From a virus (Duplodnaviria > Caudoviricetes): a DNA stretch of 64,000 nucleotides. The stretch lies in IMG/VR virus record IMGVR_UViG_3300029288_000005, positions 29,024-93,023 of that record; one strand, 5' to 3'. The notes beneath the pieces were generated by a model, which saw only the letters and a program-made list of their open reading frames with translations, was not told the DNA's origin and did no database searches. Made by a program: the position numbers and the translations under genes. This document shows, one piece after another, positions 56,577-64,000 of the stretch. Each line of letters starts with the position of its first letter. Within the stretch, counting starts at the first letter, position 1.

Positions 56577-56885
56577 ATGCCTTGCTACGAGGAAAGAATC
56601 ATTAGCGTCGAGTTCAAAGCCGGTAACTCGGCAGTGCTACTCAAAGCGATTGATTCCCTTGGCTACAATCATACAGTGCAAGGGAACACAGTCAGTATCA
56701 ACCAGGGAAGCATAGTAATCGACCTTGCCAAGGGCACAGCAGTATTCGCAGATTACTACCAAGCTTCAGTCAACAAACTCAAACAAGCCTACAGCCGTGA
56801 GGCCATCAAAGTAGCGGCAAAGAAGTTCGCCTGGACAACCAAAACCCAAGGCAACAACATCACAGTCAACAAGGTAAAGTGGTAA
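56577..56885 (+). CDS. Ycf35/DUF1257-like protein
   Basis: LLKAIDSLGY, KLKQAYSREAIK..AKK..W; linked to DUF2997- and Ycf46-like genes. Confidence 0.55.
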   Translation: MPCYEERIISVEFKAGNSAVLLKAIDSLGYNHTVQGNTVSINQGSIVIDLAKGTAVFADYYQASVNKLKQAYSREAIKVAAKKFAWTTKTQGNNITVNKVKW

Positions 56886-56886
56886 C

Positions 56887-57102
56887 ATGCCAAAGAACGC
56901 ATTCGATATAAAAATTCTCGAGGATGGAACCCTCAGTATCAACACAGACGACTTCAGCCCAGAAGTCCACAAGCAAGCGGACGACTTTATCAAGTACCTG
57001 GGCGAGATCATGGGTGGCGAAGTGGCTGTAAAAGAAAAGCACAGCCATGCCAAGCACCACCAACACTCGCACGACCACGGTAAAACCTTCCATACACACT
57101 AA
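56887..57102 (+). CDS. DUF2997-like protein with His-rich tail
   Basis: IKILEDGTLSI...LGEIMGG; HSHAKHHQHSHDH. Confidence 0.55.
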   Translation: MPKNAFDIKILEDGTLSINTDDFSPEVHKQADDFIKYLGEIMGGEVAVKEKHSHAKHHQHSHDHGKTFHTH

Positions 57103-57120
57103 ACACTAAGGAGAAATGAA

Positions 57121-57348
57121 ATGAATACATACAGAGTATGGTTTACAGATGGAAATGCCGTTCTTGTTAACGCACTGAGTCAGGATGAAGCTATGGCAGT
57201 TGCTTCAGCAGAAGCTTCCTTCTTAACCGGCAACAAGCGTTTCAAGAAAGTGAGCAAGGTGGAAAACCTTACTACAAGAATCAACAGTCAGAAAAATATA
57301 GTAAACGATCTTCCCAGTATGTTTATACCAGAGGTAAAGGAGAACTAA
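57121..57348 (+). CDS. Hypothetical protein
   Basis: AAGGAG RBS. Confidence 0.6.
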   Translation: MNTYRVWFTDGNAVLVNALSQDEAMAVASAEASFLTGNKRFKKVSKVENLTTRINSQKNIVNDLPSMFIPEVKEN

Positions 57349-57349
57349 A

Positions 57350-57988
57350 ATGGTAAGCTTTAATACCGAGGATGGCAAGAATCCTCAAACACAGACATAT
57401 AAGCAAGCCCAAGAAAAGTACAAGAAGTCTGTACGAAATCTAATAGAAAAAGCAAACAAGTTCAAGGGTAACAAAACGGAGATTCAGGATGCTTTAGAAG
57501 TGGGTTGTTATGTAAGTGCTTCAGTTTTCACCAACCCAGTTATTTCATTAGAAGAAATTGAGAGACTACGAGATTTGTTTGTTATTTGCTATGAAGCTGG
57601 GTTTACCTCAGGAGTGGAATCGAAGTTAAGTGAAGATGAGATTGCCACTGCAAACAACAAAGAAAGAATCCACAAAGAAATAGTCGCAAGCATGCACTCT
57701 ATTGGAAACAAATTATTTGAAATGCTCTCCAGTGGGGAAGTGTGGCATGCTTTGTCTGAGTCACAGATATTGCAGTTGGAATCCATAAACGAGCAACTCA
57801 CAAAAAAGGGAAGGACGTTTCCAATCTGGTACCTTTCTGGAGACCCAGCTGTGGTCCAACTGAGTAACATGGGTGTGTATCCAAAAGGGGATGAATTTGA
57901 TGCTCTTTACTTACCGGACTACCACCCTAAAGCAGCAAGGGTGGCAAAAGGAGGAGGAGCAATAGTACATCCCTGGGAGTGTGTATAG
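57350..57988 (+). CDS. Hypothetical protein
   Basis: AAGGAG RBS. Confidence 0.65.
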   Translation: MVSFNTEDGKNPQTQTYKQAQEKYKKSVRNLIEKANKFKGNKTEIQDALEVGCYVSASVFTNPVISLEEIERLRDLFVICYEAGFTSGVESKLSEDEIATANNKERIHKEIVASMHSIGNKLFEMLSSGEVWHALSESQILQLESINEQLTKKGRTFPIWYLSGDPAVVQLSNMGVYPKGDEFDALYLPDYHPKAARVAKGGGAIVHPWECV

Positions 57989-58018
57989 AAAATACAGCAC
58001 ATTTTATGTGTTTTGATA

Positions 58019-58048
58019 TTGACAGGTTATGGAGTAATACTATATAAT
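58019..58048 (+). promoter_or_regulatory. sigma70 consensus promoter
   Basis: TTGACA-18 bp-TATAAT upstream of the AAA ATPase. Confidence 0.7.
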
Positions 58049-58093
58049 TGATGTTATCGGGGAAACATCTACAAACCAAACGGAGAACAAGTA

Positions 58094-59599
58094 ATGAAAC
58101 TTATCGAGAGACTTAAACACGTGCGTCGGGCAGCGGTGCCTCTAGTTTCTATTGGTACACCAGATGCGGCGGCCACTATTCGATCTGTTGTAAGTGACAT
58201 TAACAGTTGCCCCATTGTGGTTTGGGACGTACAGAGAGGTGCTCGTCCGGCAAACGAGAAAGGGCAAGAAGCCCTCTCCCAAATTAACTCAGACGATACA
58301 ATTGGTAATCCTCTTGGTCTTCTGGACGAAGCACCTAAACTGCCTGAGAAGACTATTCTCTTTGTAATGAACGCTAACAAAGTGGCTGAAGCGGCAGGTC
58401 TGCCCTGGATTCAGGGTGTCTGGAACCTCCGAGATGAATACAAAACAGATGGTAGAACTCTCATTCTCTTGGCGAGGAATTCGACTGTGCCTCCCGAGTT
58501 GGAAGGCGACATCGTCTGCCTCGAGGAAGAACTTCCCAGTAATGAGGAACTTTTCGATATCGTACAGTCACTGGATACAGATGCTACTCTATCTGCAGGG
58601 GAGGACAAACGAAAACCCACCCCCAACTCAACAATTCAAAAAGCAGTAGACGCAGTTTCCGGACTCTCTGCTTTTGCTGCGGAGCAAGCAGTGTCCATGG
58701 CCATCAGAGCAAAGGGAATCGACCTCGATCTTCTCTGGGACATCAAACGCTCGATGATCGAAGAAACGCCTGGTTTGAGCTGCTGGCGGGGAGGTGAGTC
58801 ATTCGATGATATCGGGGGACTCAGCAACGTCAAAAACTACTGTCAATCACTTATCAACGGTCGCAAAAAGTATGGGGCGGTCGTCTTCATCGACGAAATC
58901 GAGAAGCTGCTAGCTGGGGCAACAGAAGGAACTGGAGATAGCTCTGGTGTTAGTCAAGGGTTTCTCCAAGTTCTACTCACATACATGCAAGACCATAACG
59001 TCTCTGGAATGATCTTCATTGGACATCCAGGAGCCGGTAAATCAATGGTCGCAAAGAGTATCGGAGCTGAGGTTGGAATCCCCACCATTGCTCTGGACGT
59101 TAACGCAATGAAGAGTTCCCTAGTGGGTTCGTCCGAGCAGCGCATCCGTGAGGCGATGAAAGTCGTTACAGCAGTCAGCAACGACAAACCGCTATTCGTT
59201 GCCACCTGTAACAAAATAGCCAACCTGCCCCCTGAGTTGCGACGACGTTTCACAGCGGGCACATTCTTTTTTGATCTGCCCGACGGCGAGGAACGAGAAG
59301 TAATCTGGAACTATTACCTCTCAAAACTGCTTCCCGATACAAACGATAAACTTCCCGACCATCGTGGTTGGACAGGGGCTGAGATACGAGCCTGCTGCCA
59401 AGGCGCTTGGGAACGGGGAGTCAGCCTCAAAGAAGCAGCTAAGTTCATCGTACCTGTAGCAAAAGCGGATCCTACTCGAATCGAGAAACTGCAAAGGGAA
59501 GCCTCGGGACGCTACATATCAGCATCCAGCGAGGGCATGTACAAACTCCCGGTCGAAACCGGCAAAACAAAGCGGGCCGTCAGCAGCAACCTCAACTAA
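58094..59599 (+). CDS. Ycf46-like AAA+ ATPase with rearranged motif order
   Basis: FDDIGGL, VFIDEIEK, GHPGAGKS, SLVGSSE, VATCN, LPPEL, WTGAEI. Confidence 0.88.
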   Translation: MKLIERLKHVRRAAVPLVSIGTPDAAATIRSVVSDINSCPIVVWDVQRGARPANEKGQEALSQINSDDTIGNPLGLLDEAPKLPEKTILFVMNANKVAEAAGLPWIQGVWNLRDEYKTDGRTLILLARNSTVPPELEGDIVCLEEELPSNEELFDIVQSLDTDATLSAGEDKRKPTPNSTIQKAVDAVSGLSAFAAEQAVSMAIRAKGIDLDLLWDIKRSMIEETPGLSCWRGGESFDDIGGLSNVKNYCQSLINGRKKYGAVVFIDEIEKLLAGATEGTGDSSGVSQGFLQVLLTYMQDHNVSGMIFIGHPGAGKSMVAKSIGAEVGIPTIALDVNAMKSSLVGSSEQRIREAMKVVTAVSNDKPLFVATCNKIANLPPELRRRFTAGTFFFDLPDGEEREVIWNYYLSKLLPDTNDKLPDHRGWTGAEIRACCQGAWERGVSLKEAAKFIVPVAKADPTRIEKLQREASGRYISASSEGMYKLPVETGKTKRAVSSNLN

Positions 59600-59639
59600 A
59601 TTTACACAACTTTTAACAACGTTAACAAGGAGAATCGAA

Positions 59640-60482
59640 ATGAGTAAGTTATTTGAAAAGACAGTTTGTCTGAGCGTCACCTTCCACATGGCTGGAGACT
59701 CTCGTATCGGGGACATCAATGAGATTGAGACGGACGCAAATCGTGGCCGGCTGAACCTTAGTAAGAAGATCTTCCGATCAGAGAACTACAAGGCCATGCA
59801 ACAGATCCAATGGAAAACCAAGGAATGGGTCCAAAAGAGAGCCCTGCCTTCGCCCCTGCGTCATGGTACGTTCTTGCTACCGAAGTCCATGATCGATGAG
59901 GTGATTTTGAAGCTGGACCAGCAAACTGAAGCGTATAACAAACTGGCTGATGCTTTCGTCGCTGAGTATCCTACTCTCATAAGTGAGTCGAAGAAACAAC
60001 TCAAGTCTCAGTTCAATGAAGCCAACTACCCAACTGCAAAAGAGATGCGGTCCCGTTTCTGGGTTTCCCGTATGTTTGTTAAGTTTGGAAACGTCTCTGG
60101 TGTTGACCAATCAAAAGAGATTCAAAGCGCCATCGATGACATCCAGTCAACTTTGAGAATGGGCATGCTTGAATTGGTTGACAAACTTCAAATCATGCTT
60201 GGGGAACGCAAAGATGGTCGAAAGGCTGCTGTTCGCAAGGATACGCTCGATGCGTTCAACGAGTGGTTGGAAATGCTGCCCAAAAAGAACATCCTCGAGG
60301 ATACTGAACTCGAGGAGTTGGCTAACAAAGCACGTCTGCTGCTTAAGGGAAACAAACAGAGCGACCTGCGGGATATTGACTCTGTCAGGTCCAAAGTCAA
60401 GAAGGAAATGAGTGTAATCAGCGACAAACTCAAATCGATGATCGTTGCCTGCCCCCGTCGCTCCTTCGATTTTGAGGAGTAG
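59640..60482 (+). CDS. DUF3150-like protein
   Basis: LSKKIF, GTFLLP, FVAEYP, QFNEANYP, RFW pattern. Confidence 0.55.
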   Translation: MSKLFEKTVCLSVTFHMAGDSRIGDINEIETDANRGRLNLSKKIFRSENYKAMQQIQWKTKEWVQKRALPSPLRHGTFLLPKSMIDEVILKLDQQTEAYNKLADAFVAEYPTLISESKKQLKSQFNEANYPTAKEMRSRFWVSRMFVKFGNVSGVDQSKEIQSAIDDIQSTLRMGMLELVDKLQIMLGERKDGRKAAVRKDTLDAFNEWLEMLPKKNILEDTELEELANKARLLLKGNKQSDLRDIDSVRSKVKKEMSVISDKLKSMIVACPRRSFDFEE

Positions 60483-60670
60483 ATTATAACAATGGAACGG
60501 GAGTGTGTCCTATCCCTTTTACTTTTTCACAGGAGTTAAAAAGATGTACGACGATTTGTTTGAACCGAAGAAGTTTCTAGCAATGACAATCGCCACTAGT
60601 GTACTGGCTTTTGTGGTGTTTGTATTGCCCAATCTCATTGAGAAGTTAATTGCCTTGCTTTGATAATACC

Positions 60671-60699
60671 TTGACCAAATCAAAGCAAGACATTATAAT
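60671..60699 (+). promoter_or_regulatory. sigma70 promoter
   Basis: TTGACC-17 bp-TATAAT. Confidence 0.65.
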
Positions 60700-60726
60700 G
60701 TCTCAATTCTAGGAAAGGAATTCCAT

Positions 60727-60909
60727 ATGAAATCTCTATTCTCTGCATCAGTGGTGGTCTACAAAACGGGCAAAACCACTGATGCAGATTCTACCGTCAA
60801 AATGAGGGTCATGGCTCATTCTGAGTCACAAGCCAGGAGGATTCTTATCAACAGAATTCTAGAGAAGGGATCCCTCGTTCGAAGATTCAAGTACTTATTA
60901 AAGAGTTAG
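60727..60909 (+). CDS. Hypothetical protein
   Basis: AAAGGA RBS after promoter. Confidence 0.55.
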   Translation: MKSLFSASVVVYKTGKTTDADSTVKMRVMAHSESQARRILINRILEKGSLVRRFKYLLKS

Positions 60910-60918
60910 GAGAACAAA

Positions 60919-61425
60919 ATGTGTACAGCTGTTGCTAAAGAAGATACCTACAGAGAAGTAGAGCGAATGCTCTACAAGATGTCATGGTCGTTTTGCAAAC
61001 GATATGGAGGGGAGTGGGAAGATTACATGGGTGCTGCTAATGAGGGGTTTGTGGATGCCTATGAAACGTACAACCCTAAGGAGATAGCTTCCTTTAGTAC
61101 ATGGGTGTATTGGTCTGCATTGGGCCGTCTCACAAGACTTGTGAGTGCAAAGATTTGTAGTAACAAATACACAACAGCTATTGATTTATCCATCTTTGAA
61201 TCGAAACCTCAATTTGAACTTGACCGTTTTCTGTTTGAGGTTTCGAAAGACGCAAAACAATTACTTAGTATCTTGTGGGATCTCAATGTAATTGAAGAAA
61301 CACTCAGTACAGAGATGATTGATTGCATCAAAAGTGGTTTGGTGTGCAAACTGAAAGAGTCTGGTTGGACTGTTGCACGAATAGTTGATACATTCTCTGA
61401 AATCAAAGAGGTATTACAATGCTGA
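60919..61425 (+). CDS. Sigma70 region-2-like protein (phage sigma-like factor)
   Basis: EDYMGAANEGFVDAYETYNP...SFSTWVYW matches sigma region 2. Confidence 0.75.
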   Translation: MCTAVAKEDTYREVERMLYKMSWSFCKRYGGEWEDYMGAANEGFVDAYETYNPKEIASFSTWVYWSALGRLTRLVSAKICSNKYTTAIDLSIFESKPQFELDRFLFEVSKDAKQLLSILWDLNVIEETLSTEMIDCIKSGLVCKLKESGWTVARIVDTFSEIKEVLQC

Positions 61426-61602
61426 CAGTAAAGAAGTTGGGAAAGCGTTGGTGGATATTGGGACTCATGGATGGTGACGAGGAATATGGTCCAGTGGGCC
61501 CATATAATAGTAGGAAAGAGGCGAACGAAAGCAGACACAATCTTATTGAGTTTGATAAGAAAAAAGACATACCAGGATTTCTAACTTCCGAGAAAATAGG
61601 AT

Positions 61603-62001
61603 ATGACTGAACAACAAAAAACAATGGTTTTGAAATCGTTACTGCATGGCTCTCTAAATGATGGCATTACCAAAGCAGAGTGCACCGATCTTCTACAGCA
61701 GATACTAAAGAGCCAAGATGCAACAAAACCCCCACTAACAGATGCCTATAACAGAAGGTGTGGGGTTTGTAACGTATCACCCATACATAAGAACAACAGT
61801 AGTGGAATATGCACTGACTGTGCTGTTTTTGCCCGAGCACAAGGGACTTACAGTGAATTGGTAATTAAAATGAGACGGCACAATCAATGGGCTGGAGACA
61901 TTAAGCCAACATGCTCACGCTGCGATGATCGCTGTATTGTCAACAACGGGCATGGTATGGAACCATGCCCAGTATGTGTAGGAAATGGGAGGAAAGCGTG
62001 A
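61603..62001 (+). CDS. Zn-finger protein
   Basis: CGVC, CTDC, CSRC, CPVC. Confidence 0.6.
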   Translation: MTEQQKTMVLKSLLHGSLNDGITKAECTDLLQQILKSQDATKPPLTDAYNRRCGVCNVSPIHKNNSSGICTDCAVFARAQGTYSELVIKMRRHNQWAGDIKPTCSRCDDRCIVNNGHGMEPCPVCVGNGRKA

Positions 62002-62402
62002 TGAGTGATAACAATCTTCCAGAAAAATTGCTAAATTCAATCGGGCGTCTTTTCCACCTAATTGACCTTTCAAATTCTGCTACTTACAGACAGGAAATCA
62101 TATCAACCGCGGCACAAACATGCCGAGAATCGGCGGCTAAGATGGAGCAGTTGCAAGCCGAAAATGTTTTGCTGGCGAACGAGATTGAGCGGCTGCAAAG
62201 ACCAACACATTACGTCGAACCCGAATCCGGCGAAACAGCAGAGACCATCGAAGAGTTGGCTGCAATGTGTTGTCTTGGTGAAGTAGTGGAACTAATACCA
62301 ATGCGTAAGTTTCCTGCAATTTACATTATTGTTTCTAAAGAAGACAAAGAGGTAAAAATTTTTGAAACCCAAGCAGCCGCCGAAGCGGCGAGGAGTAAGT
62401 GA
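62001..62402 (+). CDS. Small accessory protein, paralog of 24944-25309
   Basis: LANEIERLQ; ends AAAEAARSK. Confidence 0.65.
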   Translation: MSDNNLPEKLLNSIGRLFHLIDLSNSATYRQEIISTAAQTCRESAAKMEQLQAENVLLANEIERLQRPTHYVEPESGETAETIEELAAMCCLGEVVELIPMRKFPAIYIIVSKEDKEVKIFETQAAAEAARSK

Positions 62403-62424
62403 TGAAACTTAACGAAAAGCTATT

Positions 62425-62619
62425 ATGGCTAAAAACCAAGGATGTTTTCCGAGCATATATTTGCGAGGAGACGTGTGGCGTGCCCACGTCAATGCTAGTG
62501 GTTGCTACTGGGAAGAATCTGACACCCCACTAAAAGCACTTACATTGGCAATTGACACATGGGTGGCTGCTGGCAGACCCATGGATGGAATGGCCTCCGA
62601 AGTGGCAAAGGAGAAGTGA
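62425..62619 (+). CDS. Hypothetical protein
   Basis: Short ORF in array. Confidence 0.5.
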   Translation: MAKNQGCFPSIYLRGDVWRAHVNASGCYWEESDTPLKALTLAIDTWVAAGRPMDGMASEVAKEK

Positions 62620-62873
62620 TGAACTACACTAAACCAAAAACATTTGTTATCCACAAAAATGATGCTGGGACTGATGCTTTTCGAGATGAGTATGTACATG
62701 CTCTAGAAGCCGAGATTGAGAGATTGTGGACAATCGTGAACAAGTTGCCAAAGGCAGCAATTGAACCACTCAGTAAAGAATCATGTGTTAAAGCACATTT
62801 AGTGGCGCTTACATTCGCAGATGACAAAGAAGCTGCTGAGGCGGCGTGGGAGGAAAGTGATGAAAACAACTGA
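62619..62873 (+). CDS. Small accessory protein
   Basis: EAEIERL; ends AAEAAWEESD. Confidence 0.6.
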   Translation: MNYTKPKTFVIHKNDAGTDAFRDEYVHALEAEIERLWTIVNKLPKAAIEPLSKESCVKAHLVALTFADDKEAAEAAWEESDENN

Positions 62874-63471
62874 CATAATCAATAAACTGCGCAAATGTGC
62901 CAATGACCAAACACATGCAGCTCAGGCAAACATTATGTTTGCTGCGGCGAACGAAATCGAACGGCTGCAAGATTCGCTCGATTGGTGGTCCATCATCGAA
63001 CGCTTTCTACAAGCCGCCGGAATTGAACCGCTATCACCCAGCGAGACTGTACCAGAGCAAATTGAGCGGGGTATTCTTCGCGTGAGTGAAATGCGAAAGA
63101 TGGAGGAAAAATCATCTGATACATTGTCTCCCTCTAGTTTTTGTGGCAAAGTTAAATCGAAAGAGAAAGAGACGTCACGGGAGGACTATGCCGATTTAAC
63201 GCAGTCGATGGAAAATTACCGGGTGGCTTTCGCCAAGCTGCTCGACATGGCCGAGAACATAAAAAGCTCAATCTCCGCGAACGTCCAAATGGTTGAGAAC
63301 ATCAAAAGCGTTATTGCTGCGAATGAGGCGGACGAGAAGCCGTCTTACGGCTATATTGTTATGCTCGTGGAGGCTTTGAAGTCGCATAAAGATTACTTCG
63401 ATTCTCATGCAAAATTTCTACTACAGAATCAGAAAGAATTAACAGTTGCCGAAGCAGTGAGGAGAGAGTGA
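62860..63471 (+). CDS. Accessory protein (AANEIERL type)
   Basis: GGAGG RBS; ends TVAEAVRRE. Confidence 0.6.
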   Translation: MKTTDIINKLRKCANDQTHAAQANIMFAAANEIERLQDSLDWWSIIERFLQAAGIEPLSPSETVPEQIERGILRVSEMRKMEEKSSDTLSPSSFCGKVKSKEKETSREDYADLTQSMENYRVAFAKLLDMAENIKSSISANVQMVENIKSVIAANEADEKPSYGYIVMLVEALKSHKDYFDSHAKFLLQNQKELTVAEAVRRE

Positions 63472-63534
63472 TGTTGATCCAGCAATAACAAGCCAAACAG
63501 AAGGCTACTACAACCTCATCAAAGGAAAATCAAA

Positions 63535-63726
63535 ATGACAATTAACGAATTTATCGACAAAGTTAATGCAATGGAACAGGCGCATGGAAACATGACCATG
63601 AGGGTTCAGGCATTCGGTGGTTTGACAGGATATCCTACAGTTGTAGATGTTTGCTTGGGGTTTGATTGGAATACAAACTCTGTTGTTCTTATTCCCAGTT
63701 TCAACCTAACTTTGAAAACAAAATGA
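63535..63726 (+). CDS. Hypothetical protein
   Basis: AAGGA RBS; GFDW motif. Confidence 0.55.
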   Translation: MTINEFIDKVNAMEQAHGNMTMRVQAFGGLTGYPTVVDVCLGFDWNTNSVVLIPSFNLTLKTK

Positions 63727-64000
63727 AGTAGTGAGTGATATAGCAAAGGGATAAAATGGGAATTCCTGAAAACGTAGCGGCAAGAAAATCTGCAAAACTC
63801 TGCATGTCGTTGGTTGTTGAGGAGTCAGTAAAGCACCCAGAAGCACTAATGGTATTTTGGAAAGAGATATACACACAGATACCATCAAAGATAGTCTCAA
63901 AATTTGCGATATCCACACCAGAAATAAAACCATTTACTGATATAGAGGCCAAGCGTTTTGAAACACAAACATTTCCATATGGCCAGTACAACGGAGTAAA

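Noticed and set aside
1-64000. Alternative genetic code or tRNA genes
   Set aside because: Long genes are intact under code 11 with all three stop codons used as terminators; no cloverleaf recognised by eye (tRNAscan not run).

Overview
A 64-kb segment of a tailed dsDNA phage genome (HK97-type head, long non-contractile tail). It is densely coding and effectively all on the + strand. Layout: terminase (0.2-2.4 kb); a non-canonical lysis/envelope block built round a papain-like peptidase; a beta-helix and other virion genes; head-tail joining genes; portal; a split MuF head-morphogenesis region; about 6 kb of small accessory ORFs; prohead protease, major capsid and tail genes (with a -1 frameshift chaperone and tape measure); a 10-kb glycosyl-/sulfo-/methyltransferase cluster; an XRE regulator; and a putative early region behind near-consensus sigma70 promoters (Ycf35/DUF2997/Ycf46-like AAA/DUF3150-like genes, a sigma-like protein). 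Main candidate novel system: seven dispersed genes share a cassette (helical leader MKKQTLITVLKETAETLRGIK, then FNPYHDSxGRF, then a Gly-rich linker APDTGGGTGGG) fused to unrelated cargo domains: two ADP-ribosyltransferases, a HExxH metallopeptidase, a JAB-like domain, topoisomerase IB and two helical domains. Four of the five enzyme cargoes are followed by a tiny charged ORF. I infer a polymorphic, capsid-loaded, protease-matured effector/inhibitor system. Other highlights are mucin-like poly-Ser tracts in virion genes next to a sulfated/methylated glycan machinery, and an AAA+ ATPase whose Walker B precedes its Walker A. All calls come from motif reading by eye; no database searches were run. 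I saw no tRNA, rRNA, CRISPR array, integrase or DNA polymerase.
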